Source of the DNA: Actinomycetota bacterium
GTDB taxonomy: Bacteria > Actinomycetota > Actinomycetes > Actinomycetales > Microbacteriaceae
Direction of reading: 5' to 3'
Assembly (NCBI GenBank): GCA_037033365.1
Contig: JAZBLS010000001.1
Coordinates: 18,937-82,936, forward strand
DNA length: 64,000 nt
Shown here: positions 1-9,047 of the stretch, one piece after another
Layout of the letters: every line of letters begins with the position of its first letter
How positions within the stretch are numbered: position 1 is the stretch's first letter
Notes under the pieces: generated by a model
Seen by the model: the letters and a program-made list of their open reading frames with translations, nothing else
Databases searched by the model: none
Told to the model about the DNA's origin: nothing
Position numbers and translations under genes: made by a program

Positions 1-2
1 TG

Positions 3-707
3 GTTGAGGCGGCGGTGCAGGACGGTCTCGCACCCAGCAGCACGTTCGCGGAGGCGACTCTCGGCGCCCCGGTGCCGAACCCCGCGAAGGTACTCTGCAT
101 CGGACTGAACTATAGCGACCACGTCGCCGAGACCGGTCGTGCGCTGCCCCAGTACCCGGACGTGTTCCCGAAGTTCGCGACCAGCCTGGTGGGGCCGCGC
201 GACGCCATCGGTGGACGCGACATCACGGATCAGCTCGATTTCGAAGGCGAGCTCGCCATCGTCATCGGACGGACGGCGAAGAACGTCGCCGAGGAGGATG
301 CGCTCGACTACATCGCCGGTGCGACCGTTCTCAACGACATCACCGCCCGCGACCTTCAGTACCGGGGCACGCAGTGGCTTATGGGCAAGGCCGTCGACGC
401 GAGCACGCCCAGCGGGCCGGCGCTCGTCACGCTCGACGAGGTGGGAGACCTCCAGGACCTCGACATCTCCACTCACGTGAACGGCGTGGAGATGCAGAGT
501 TCCAACACGAAGAACATGATCTTCCCGATTCGGACCATCGTCTCGTACCTCTCTCGCACTATAACGCTCGAGCCTGGCGACATCATCGCCACCGGGACGC
601 CCGAGGGCATCGGTGCTAAACGCACGCCGCCCGTGTGGCTCCAGTCCGGCGACGAGGTCACCGTCTCGTTGTCCCGCGTCGGTGTGCTCTCGAGCACCGT
701 CGGCTGA
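3..707 (+). CDS. Fumarylacetoacetate hydrolase family protein (5'-truncated by window edge)
   Basis: KVLCIGLNYSDH, DFEGELAIVIG, NDITARDLQ, GDIIATGTPEGIG are FAH-family motifs; frame is open back to the window start. Confidence 0.9.
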   Translation, partial: VEAAVQDGLAPSSTFAEATLGAPVPNPAKVLCIGLNYSDHVAETGRALPQYPDVFPKFATSLVGPRDAIGGRDITDQLDFEGELAIVIGRTAKNVAEEDALDYIAGATVLNDITARDLQYRGTQWLMGKAVDASTPSGPALVTLDEVGDLQDLDISTHVNGVEMQSSNTKNMIFPIRTIVSYLSRTITLEPGDIIATGTPEGIGAKRTPPVWLQSGDEVTVSLSRVGVLSSTVG

Positions 708-821
708 CACCCGCGAACGAGGTGTCCCAAAACGGGACGTTCATGTTCGCGTCTGAAACGTAGTTTCGAAGGACCACATCGGCGGCGCGTGCCCGAGCAG
801 CGCCCCAGGCAGGAGAACAGC

Positions 822-2351
822 ATGACCATCGACGATCAGGCCCGTTTCGCGGAGCGAATCGCCGCGCACCGGAAGTCCACCCCGGTCGTGGTGCCGCACT
901 ACGTGAACGGTAAGGAGTCCTTCGATGGACCCCTCATCGAGCGCGAAGACCCCAGCCGTCCGGGCATCATCGTGAGCGGTTGCCATGACGCCCCCGAGGC
1001 TCTCGTCCTCGAAGCGGTCGCGGCCAGTCGCGCCGCTCAGAAGCAGTGGGCGAAGGTCCCTCTCGTCCAGCGCATCGAGCATGTCCGCCGAGCCATCCCA
1101 CTCATCGAGTCTCGTATCGAGGACTGGGCTGTGCGCGTCGCAGTGGAGGTCGGTAAGCCTCACGCGGCGGCTCGGGCCGAGGGAGCAGAGGTCCTCGCCC
1201 TGCTCGAGCAGTACTCGGACTACGCCGAGGCGCCGGGTGCCTTCGAGGATGAGCGCACTGCCGACCCGAGTGGATTCGCGGGCGACGCCGTGCTGAAGCC
1301 CTACGGCGTCTTCGGTGCCATCACGCCTTTCAACTACCCCATCGTCCAGGCTGCAGGACCCGTCATCGCCGGGATCCTCGCCGGCAACGGGGTCGTCGTG
1401 AAGACATCTCACCACGGCCCGTGGTCGGGCAACGCGGTCGCGGAGTTCGTGCAGGCCATGGACCTGCCGACCGGACTCGTCAACGTCGTGCACGGTGCGG
1501 ACGACCCCGGTCGTGTGCTCGTGGCTTCCGAGATCGACGGCATCTGCTTCACGGGATCGGTCAGCGTGGGCCAGTCCATCGTGCGTGACTTCGCCAACGG
1601 GCCGTTTTCTCGTCCGGTCATCGCTGAGATGGGTGGCAAGAACCCCGTCATCGTCACCGACACTGCAGACCTCGAACTCGCGGCAGACGGCATCGTGTTC
1701 TCCGCGTTCGACCTGAGTGGACAGAAGTGCAGCGCGCTCTCGCGAGTCATCGTCACCCCGGGGGCGCACAGCCGACTCGCCGAGCTGGTCGCGGAGCGTG
1801 TCGCGAAGCTGCAGATGACCGACCCGTCACATCCGGATGCGTTCGGTGGTCCCGTCGTGACCCCCGAGGCCGTGGAGCGGCATGCACGGCTTCTCAACGA
1901 GGCGACGACGGCCGACTTCGCTGTGACGACCGGGATCACGGGTGACGAGGGGTATTTCGTTCCCGCCGTCGTCGTCGACGGCGTCCCGGTCGAGCACGAT
2001 CTCGCGACGGTCGAGCACTTCCTCCCGTTCCTGACGATCAGCGAGGTCGAGAGTTTCGACGCCGCTCTTGAGGCCGCGAACAACACCACGATGGGCCTCA
2101 CCGCCGGCATCTACACCGGAGACCGCACCGAGGCGGAGCAATTCCTGGACACCATCGAAGCCGGGTGCGTGAATGTCAACGTGCCCGGACACGCGACCAC
2201 TGGCTGGTGGCCGGGGCCTCAGACGTTCGGTGGCTGGAAGGCGAGCGGGACGACGGGCAAGCAGACTCTCGGTAAGTGGTACTTCCAGCTCTTCGCTCGC
2301 GAGCAGGCGCGTAAACTCCCGGTAGAGCTGGAATCCCTGCTGACGTACTGA
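822..2351 (+). CDS. NAD-dependent aldehyde dehydrogenase (P5C-dehydrogenase-like)
   Basis: ITPFNYP, FTGSVSVG, EMGGKNP, catalytic GQKCSA, FGGWKASG; AGGAG RBS at 811-815 before ATG 822. Confidence 0.9.
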   Translation: MTIDDQARFAERIAAHRKSTPVVVPHYVNGKESFDGPLIEREDPSRPGIIVSGCHDAPEALVLEAVAASRAAQKQWAKVPLVQRIEHVRRAIPLIESRIEDWAVRVAVEVGKPHAAARAEGAEVLALLEQYSDYAEAPGAFEDERTADPSGFAGDAVLKPYGVFGAITPFNYPIVQAAGPVIAGILAGNGVVVKTSHHGPWSGNAVAEFVQAMDLPTGLVNVVHGADDPGRVLVASEIDGICFTGSVSVGQSIVRDFANGPFSRPVIAEMGGKNPVIVTDTADLELAADGIVFSAFDLSGQKCSALSRVIVTPGAHSRLAELVAERVAKLQMTDPSHPDAFGGPVVTPEAVERHARLLNEATTADFAVTTGITGDEGYFVPAVVVDGVPVEHDLATVEHFLPFLTISEVESFDAALEAANNTTMGLTAGIYTGDRTEAEQFLDTIEAGCVNVNVPGHATTGWWPGPQTFGGWKASGTTGKQTLGKWYFQLFAREQARKLPVELESLLTY

Positions 2352-2377
2352 CGCATCAGCGACAAGGAGGTCGACGC

Positions 2378-4207
2378 GTGGCACCCAAAGAGTGGGCTTC
2401 GAGCATCACGCCGGCCGCCGCGAGCATCGGCCTCCTTTCCAACACGAAGATCCATTCCCTGCGGGAACGCTTTCTCAGCGACCCGCAGGGAACGGATCTC
2501 AGTGCACTGAGGCCGGTGATCGCCCGCTCCTGGCAGCGCAGTCTCTCCTGGAATGTGGTCTCGCAGCCCACAGCGTTGGCGTCCACGTCCGACAGCCGGA
2601 TCGATGAACAGCTGCTGCTCGCTGCCGAGCCGGTCCTCACCGAACTCGAACGCGTGTGCGTCGATGTCGGCGGATCGGTCGTGCTGACGGATGCCGACGG
2701 AACTCTCGCGATGATCCGTGGTCATGCGTCGGAGATGCGTCGCGCCGAGCAGCTCTTCCCGCTCGTCGGGGCGCGCATGGGGGAAGACCTCATCGGCACG
2801 AACTCCGATGGGACCGCCATCGAAGAGAACCACGCGGTTCAGGTGTGGGGTGCAGAGCACTTCAACGAGGCGCTTCAGGGAAGCTATTGCACCTCCGTCC
2901 CGATCCGTGACCCACTCCGCCGCTCCACTCGCGGCGTCATCGGGCTCATGCTCCCCGAGTCCATCGGTCGGGACATCTCTCCACGCTCGGTGCTGATGCT
3001 CGTCGAGGGCGCCGCGGCCGACATCTCCCGACGGCTCGCCGAGCGACTCGCTGCGCGCGAGCAGGCCCTGCTGTCGGAATACATGCGCGAGGTCAGGAAG
3101 CGCGGTGCAGATGCCGTCATCGCCATGGACGACCGCACCACTATCGCCAGCCGCAGCGCACTGAGCATGCTGGATCAGAGCGACTTCGCTGTTCTCGCAG
3201 CCCTCGCCCGCGAGGCCGAGCCCGGTCAGCAGGCCAAACACTCTCTCAGCGTTCGGAGCGGGCGGGAAGTGCAGCTGCACCTGCGTCCCATGGAAGGGAC
3301 CGAGTTCGGGACAGGCGGAGCCGCGGTGATGCGGATGCATGTCCCCGACGAGCCGAGGCGGTTGGAGGCCGCGCCCGCATCGCGGCCAGCGCGACGGTTC
3401 CCCGGTGTGGTGGGTGACAGCCCCGCCGTCCGCCGTGCTCTCGACGCGGCAACCACCGCGACGGCTCGGAAAGTGCCCGCCTACATCGTCGGCGAAAAGG
3501 GCACCGGCAAGCGTCTGCTTGCCGAGGCGATCGCCGGGTCACTGTCATCCGATACCTCGACCATCGTGTTCCCCGCGACAGCCACCGCCGTTCAGGTCCT
3601 TGACGACATCGACGCGACGCTCAGCCGTGGCGCGTCCATCGTGCTGCACCGGATCGACCGGGCAAGTCAGGATCTTCTCGAGGAACTCGCCGCTCTGCTC
3701 CAACTGCTCGACCAGCCACAGGTCGTCGTCACGGCAGGCGTCCTCAACGACGACGTCGCCTCGGTCGTCGCGGCGCTCAGAGGAATCGAGATCGTGCTCC
3801 CGCCGCTGCGGTCGCGCCGCGACGACGTGCCGGCGCTGGTGCGAGCGTTCCTCGACAGCGGAGGACACGATGACCTACGAATCTCGGACAAGCTCCGCGA
3901 TACCCTCGTCGCCGCTGACTGGCCGGGAAACGTCGATCAGCTCCGCTCGGTCGTCGACACCAGTGCCGCTCGCGCCGCAACGAGCGAGATCCGTCTCAGC
4001 GACCTCTCCGAGGTGCATCTGCGTTCTCTGCAGGTCAGTCGCCTCACACGACTCGAGGAAGCTGAACTCCACCAGATCCGAGAGGCGCTGATCGAGTCTG
4101 GAGGCAATCGGCTCAAGGCAGCGACGCTGTTGGGTATCGGTCGGTCCACCCTCTATCGCAAGCTCGAGGGCTACGCAGGGCGAGGATTCGACGTCGAGCT
4201 GGAGTGA
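2378..4207 (+). CDS. GAF + degenerate AAA+ + Fis-HTH transcriptional activator (AcoR/DhaR-like)
   Basis: IARSWQRS, GTNSDG/EHF GAF signature, GEKGTGK Walker A, WPGNVDQL, C-terminal GNRLKAATLLGIGRSTLYRKL. Confidence 0.88.
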   Translation: MAPKEWASSITPAAASIGLLSNTKIHSLRERFLSDPQGTDLSALRPVIARSWQRSLSWNVVSQPTALASTSDSRIDEQLLLAAEPVLTELERVCVDVGGSVVLTDADGTLAMIRGHASEMRRAEQLFPLVGARMGEDLIGTNSDGTAIEENHAVQVWGAEHFNEALQGSYCTSVPIRDPLRRSTRGVIGLMLPESIGRDISPRSVLMLVEGAAADISRRLAERLAAREQALLSEYMREVRKRGADAVIAMDDRTTIASRSALSMLDQSDFAVLAALAREAEPGQQAKHSLSVRSGREVQLHLRPMEGTEFGTGGAAVMRMHVPDEPRRLEAAPASRPARRFPGVVGDSPAVRRALDAATTATARKVPAYIVGEKGTGKRLLAEAIAGSLSSDTSTIVFPATATAVQVLDDIDATLSRGASIVLHRIDRASQDLLEELAALLQLLDQPQVVVTAGVLNDDVASVVAALRGIEIVLPPLRSRRDDVPALVRAFLDSGGHDDLRISDKLRDTLVAADWPGNVDQLRSVVDTSAARAATSEIRLSDLSEVHLRSLQVSRLTRLEEAELHQIREALIESGGNRLKAATLLGIGRSTLYRKLEGYAGRGFDVELE

Positions 4208-4374
4208 TTCGACTCCGCTATGGGTCAAGTTGGGACAGTTCGAAGAATCGCGTCTCACGAGTATTGGGCTAAGCCGTTGGAGAACCGCCTACATCCACAG
4301 TTCGCCCCCTGGATCTCCATACCCGGCAACCCGATTCCGCGCCACTCACTGGTGAGTGCGCCATTAAAAGGAGC

Positions 4375-5856
4375 ATGACGATGACGGATCACGTCAGTAC
4401 CACTGCACCACAGGACCACGTTCCGCCCACTGAGCCGCCGACGACGACCTCCACATACGCGCTGCGCGGCAGGATGGGTACTTTCGGTCTGCTCACCACT
4501 GTGCTGGCGTTCACTGCGCCCCTCGGTGTGGTCTTCGGATTCGTGTCTGTGAACATCTCATTCGGCATCGGCGTGCCCATCGCTTTCATCGCCGTCGCCA
4601 TCCTCATGGCTCTCTTCGCGCTCGGCTTCACCAGCATGTCGAAGGCTATCCCGCGTCCCGGTGCCTTCTACACCTACATCCGCGAGGGCCTCGGGCGGCC
4701 GCTCGGGCTCGGAGGGTCGTTCCTGGCCCTCGGAACCTACGGATTCAACATCACCTCATGCATCGTCGTGTCCGGCATCGCGGTGAACAACCTCGTCAGC
4801 GCATTCGTCGGCGACTCGGCGTTCCCGTGGTGGCTATGGAGCGCTGTGATGCTCGCCGCTGCCTGGATCCTGAGCTACTTCAACGTGGAGCTCTCCGCGA
4901 AGGTGCTCGCCACCGTCCTCGTGGTCGAGGTCATCGTCGTCACCGTCTTCGACGTCGTACTGATCGCGAACGGCGGCCCCGAGGGCCAGTCGTTCGAGCC
5001 CTGGAACCCGGCCAACCTCCTGACGCCGACGATCGGTGTGCTGCTTCTGTTCAGCATCGGTGTCTTCAACGGCTTCGAAGCGACCGCCATCTATCGTGAC
5101 GAAGTTCGCCAGCCCGAGAAGACCATCCCGCGTGCGACGTTCCTCGCCGTCGCGTTCCTCGGTGTGTTCTACGCGATCTCGGCTTACGCACTCATACTCT
5201 CGGTCGGCACCTCGAACGCTGTCGAGACGGCGCAGACGGATGCGCCGGGAATGATGCCGAACGCGCTGCTCATGTACTTCGGCATGTTCGCCAACCAGCT
5301 GATCTCGATCCTCCTGGTGACGAGCTTCTTTGCGTCGATGCTGTCGCTGCAGAACATCCTGTCGCGCTACACCCACTCGCTGGCAGTCGACGGGATCTTC
5401 CCGCGCGTGCTCGCCTCGGTGCACGAGAAGCACGGTTCACCGCACCGCTCCGCGGTCGCGGTGGGCGCGATCCTCGCGGTCGTCCTCATCGTCCTCGTTC
5501 TGTCGGGAGGCGACGAGAACGCTCTGTACGCGGCCGCCGGTGGTGTCGCGTTCTACGGGATGCTTCTTCTGTTGAGCCTCACCGCAATCGCCATCATCGT
5601 CTACTTCCGCCGGCACAAGGACGAGGGATCGGTGTGGCGCACTCTCATCGCTCCGGCAGTGGCGCTCATCGGAATCGGCTTCGCGTTGCTGACAGCGTCC
5701 TTCAACATGGAGCTTCTGGTCGTCGGCTCCCCGTTGCTCCTCGGCATCCTCCTCGCGATCCCCTATGCGGCAATCGTGATCGGAGTCGTCGTCGCACTCG
5801 TGCTTCGACGCCGGAACCGCGAAACCTACGAGCGGATCGGTCGAGCTATCGAGTAA
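4375..5856 (+). CDS. APC family amino acid/amine permease
   Basis: About 12 hydrophobic segments; GAFYTYIREGLG, FNGFEATAIYRDEVRQPEKTIPRA motifs. Confidence 0.88.
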   Translation: MTMTDHVSTTAPQDHVPPTEPPTTTSTYALRGRMGTFGLLTTVLAFTAPLGVVFGFVSVNISFGIGVPIAFIAVAILMALFALGFTSMSKAIPRPGAFYTYIREGLGRPLGLGGSFLALGTYGFNITSCIVVSGIAVNNLVSAFVGDSAFPWWLWSAVMLAAAWILSYFNVELSAKVLATVLVVEVIVVTVFDVVLIANGGPEGQSFEPWNPANLLTPTIGVLLLFSIGVFNGFEATAIYRDEVRQPEKTIPRATFLAVAFLGVFYAISAYALILSVGTSNAVETAQTDAPGMMPNALLMYFGMFANQLISILLVTSFFASMLSLQNILSRYTHSLAVDGIFPRVLASVHEKHGSPHRSAVAVGAILAVVLIVLVLSGGDENALYAAAGGVAFYGMLLLLSLTAIAIIVYFRRHKDEGSVWRTLIAPAVALIGIGFALLTASFNMELLVVGSPLLLGILLAIPYAAIVIGVVVALVLRRRNRETYERIGRAIE

Positions 5857-5870
5857 CGCCTCTGGGTGAC

Positions 5871-5908
5871 AAGCCGAGCTGCCCATCGGGGGATTGGCAG
5901 CTCGGCTT
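5871..5908 (+). terminator. Hairpin terminator after APC permease
   Basis: AAGCCGAGCTGCC / GGCAGCTCGGCTT 13-bp perfect stem. Confidence 0.7.
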
Positions 5909-6052
5909 TGTCGTACCCGAAAGACGGCGGGCATCAGCGCCCGTCGGCGATGCACCAAACCGGAACAGTTCCCGACCGACGGCCCCCGTAGCGTCGGAGA
6001 TAGACACGAGCCGTCCGGACAATCGACGTCCGGACCCCGAAGGAAGAGTCTC

Positions 6053-7024
6053 ATGACCATCTCACAGCAGCAGCCGATTCCCACCGAGGGGCGGTACATC
6101 CTCGTCGCTCCCCATCACTTCCCTGACCTGGACCGGGAGCACGCGCTCGCCGCAGAACTCGGTGTCGAGATCGTCGCCGCGCATGACGCAGAGCATTTCC
6201 GCGAGGCGCTGCCCGGCGCAGCGGTCGTGATGGTCACTCCCTACGTAAAACTCCTCGCAGACGACCTCGCGACAATCGAACGCCCCGCGGTCATCGTCAG
6301 GTACGGCATCGGCTACGACAACATCGACGTCGCTGCAGCGGTCGAAGCGGGGATCCCGGTCTCCATCGTTCCCGACTCGTCGTCGGAGGAGGTCGCCTCC
6401 CACGCCTTCGCCATGGGAGTGGCGCTCGTTCGACGACTCCCGGCAGGCGACAGTGCCATCCGTCGTAGCGAATGGGCCGGAACTATTGCATACGAGGCTC
6501 CGACGTTCGGCGACCTCACGGTCGGCGTCATCGGCTTCGGCAGGATCGGTCGCCATGTCGCGCGCCTGTATGAAGCAATAGGCGCCAAGGTTCGCGCCTA
6601 TGACCCGTTCATCGAAGTCGACGAGAGAGTCCGCGCCGAGCTTGACGAGGCGCTCACCTCGTCCGACATCATCACCCTTCACGTGCCGCTCAGCGACGAC
6701 ACGAAGAATCTGATCTCGCGTGATGTTCTCGTACGCGTCAAGCCGGGGGCTGTGATCGTCAACGTTTCGCGCGGTGGGCTTATCGACGAGGAGGCGCTTG
6801 CGGACGCGCTGCGCGAGGGCAAGATCAGTGGAGCGGGCCTGGACACGTTTTCGACGGAACCACTCGGCGCCACCAATCCGCTTCGAAATGCTCCGAACGC
6901 GCTGCTGACGCCGCACATCGCATGGCGTTCAAACCTGTCTGTAGGGGCATTGCAGGCCGGTGCGGTCGATCGGGCACGAATCGCGCTCACTGGTGGCTCG
7001 CTCGTCGATGTCGTGACGAAGTGA
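6053..7024 (+). CDS. D-isomer-specific 2-hydroxyacid dehydrogenase (CtBP/SerA-like)
   Basis: RYGIGYDNID, GVIGFGRIG, LHVPL, NVSRGGLIDE, TPHIAW. Confidence 0.9.
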   Translation: MTISQQQPIPTEGRYILVAPHHFPDLDREHALAAELGVEIVAAHDAEHFREALPGAAVVMVTPYVKLLADDLATIERPAVIVRYGIGYDNIDVAAAVEAGIPVSIVPDSSSEEVASHAFAMGVALVRRLPAGDSAIRRSEWAGTIAYEAPTFGDLTVGVIGFGRIGRHVARLYEAIGAKVRAYDPFIEVDERVRAELDEALTSSDIITLHVPLSDDTKNLISRDVLVRVKPGAVIVNVSRGGLIDEEALADALREGKISGAGLDTFSTEPLGATNPLRNAPNALLTPHIAWRSNLSVGALQAGAVDRARIALTGGSLVDVVTK

Positions 7025-7144
7025 TTCGTTCGGTGGCCCGGTAACGGCCATCTCTCCGTGGGCTCGGGACGTTTGCGCGTCTCGAGCCCGCTCTCTTTTG
7101 GGAGGTTCGCACGGAGCAAGCATTCCTTGTCTGCAAGGCGAGGG

Positions 7145-7173
7145 TTGACAGACGGAAATTCCCGGGATACCTT
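7145..7173 (+). promoter_or_regulatory. Housekeeping-sigma promoter of the transketolase/kinase operon
   Basis: TTGACA 7145-7150, 17-bp spacer, TACCTT 7168-7173; quasi-palindrome TGAATAGGTATGCA just downstream may be the SorC-type operator. Confidence 0.65.
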
Positions 7174-7212
7174 TTTTGAGCACATCCCGTCACTAATGAA
7201 TAGGTATGCAAG

Positions 7213-8091
7213 ATGATCGACAAAGACGTCACGCAGATCGGGCGCTGGAGCGAGTGGCGCGACCGCATCTCAGAAGCCGAAGGCACTGAACAGGACGCCC
7301 TCCTCCACGAGCGCGCGCAGTGGACACGCCGATCCACCCTCCAGATGATCGCGACGGCGCAGGCTGGCCATATCGGCGGCGACTTCTCGGTGACCGACAT
7401 CCTCACGGTGCTCTTCAATCACGTGCTGAAGATCGATCCGGCCAACCCTGAGTGGGCCGAGCGAGACCGCTTCATCCTCAGCAAGGGTCACTGCGCTGCG
7501 GCGTTGTACTCGACTCTCGCCTGGGCGGGGTTCTTCTCGCCGGACGAACTCACGACCTTCATGGCGCCTCTCTCGGCGCTCAACGGCCACCCCAACCGTC
7601 GCAAGGTGCCCGGGGTCGAGACCAACACCGGTCCTCTCGGGCACGGGCTTCCGGTCGGTGTGGGTGCGGCGATCGCTGCTCGTCTCGCACGAGGCCCGGA
7701 GCGTGTTTTCGTCGTCCTCGGCGATGGCGAGATGCAGGAGGGCAGCAACTGGGAGGCGCTGATGTCGGCCGCGCACTACCGGTTGGACAACCTTTTCATC
7801 ACAGTGGATCGGAACCGCCTGCAGCAGGGTGCGCGCACGGAGGACACGAACGGTCTCGACCCGCTTCCGGAAAGGCTCGACGCCTTCGGCTGGGAGGTGC
7901 GTGAGGTGGATGGACACGACTACGGCGCACTGATCTCGGCCTATCAGCCTTCCCGCACGGGCAAGCCCGTAGCCGTGGTCGCAAACACCACGAAGGGAAA
8001 GGGCGTGTCTTTCATCGAGGACCGCGTCGAGTGGCACCACAAGGTGCCGAACGCAGAGCAGGTCGAACTGGCATTGAAGGAGCTGTCATGA
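7213..8091 (+). CDS. Transketolase N-terminal (ThDP-binding) subunit, AptA-like
   Basis: GHIGGDFS, DRFILSKGH, NTGPLGHGL, GDGEMQEG..WE..N ThDP motif. Confidence 0.9.
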   Translation: MIDKDVTQIGRWSEWRDRISEAEGTEQDALLHERAQWTRRSTLQMIATAQAGHIGGDFSVTDILTVLFNHVLKIDPANPEWAERDRFILSKGHCAAALYSTLAWAGFFSPDELTTFMAPLSALNGHPNRRKVPGVETNTGPLGHGLPVGVGAAIAARLARGPERVFVVLGDGEMQEGSNWEALMSAAHYRLDNLFITVDRNRLQQGARTEDTNGLDPLPERLDAFGWEVREVDGHDYGALISAYQPSRTGKPVAVVANTTKGKGVSFIEDRVEWHHKVPNAEQVELALKELS

Positions 8092-9047
8092 GCGTCGATA
8101 CCCCCGCCGCCGGAATGTACGACAACCGCACGGCATTCGCCGAGGAGCTCATCGCCCTCGCTGAAACCGATGAGCGCATCGTTGCCGTCTGCAATGACTC
8201 CGTCGGTTCGAGCAACCTCACTGGATTCCGTGACCGCTTCCCCGACCGCCTGATCAATGTCGGGATTGCCGAGCAGAACATGGTCGGCGTCGGGGCCGGA
8301 CTCGCCGATCGGGGTCTGATCCCGTTTGTCTGCGCGGCTGGCCCCTTCCTCACCGGGCGGTCACTCGAGCAGATTAAGGCCGACATCGCGTACAGCGGTC
8401 ACAACGTGATCCTCTGCGGAATGAGCCCCGGCATGGCATATGGAGAGCTCGGACCGACACACCACTCGGTCGAGGACTTCTCCTGGTTGCGCGCGCTCCC
8501 CGGGCTCGACATCGTCGTGCCGGCAGACCGGGAGCAGACGCGGCGCGCTGTTCGCGACGCCGTAGGCGCGCCGAGACCCACCTACATCCGTGTCGGCCGG
8601 CACAAGGTGCCGGATGTCACGGCAACGGACACTCCGTGGGAGCGCGGACGCATGCAGACGCTTCGCGAGGGAGAGGATGTCACCCTGATCGCAACAGGAA
8701 CACTCGTGTCGCGCGCGCTCCAGGCAGCAGACCAGCTCGCTACCGAAGGCGTAGGAGCACGTGTGCTCAACGCATCCTGGCTGGCTCCCTTCGATGACGA
8801 GGCAGTTGCACGTGCGTCTGTCGAGACGCGGGGAATCGTCGTCGCCGAGGAGGCGAATGTAGCGGGCGGTCTGGGCGCTGCGGTTGCCTCCGTCGTGGCG
8901 CAGCTGCCGGCGAGTCGTGCGCGCGTAAAGCTTCTCGGACTTCGCGAGTTCGCTCCGACCGGCAGCACCGACTTCCTTCTCGACTACTTCGGACTCACGT
9001 CCGCCGGGTACGTCGAAGCGGCCCGCGAGGTGTTGAGCGGTGTCTGA
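8088..9047 (+). CDS. Transketolase C-terminal subunit, AptB-like
   Basis: NVGIAEQNMVG, GPTHHSVED, EEANVAGGLG; ATGA overlap with upstream subunit. Confidence 0.9.
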   Translation: MSVDTPAAGMYDNRTAFAEELIALAETDERIVAVCNDSVGSSNLTGFRDRFPDRLINVGIAEQNMVGVGAGLADRGLIPFVCAAGPFLTGRSLEQIKADIAYSGHNVILCGMSPGMAYGELGPTHHSVEDFSWLRALPGLDIVVPADREQTRRAVRDAVGAPRPTYIRVGRHKVPDVTATDTPWERGRMQTLREGEDVTLIATGTLVSRALQAADQLATEGVGARVLNASWLAPFDDEAVARASVETRGIVVAEEANVAGGLGAAVASVVAQLPASRARVKLLGLREFAPTGSTDFLLDYFGLTSAGYVEAAREVLSGV

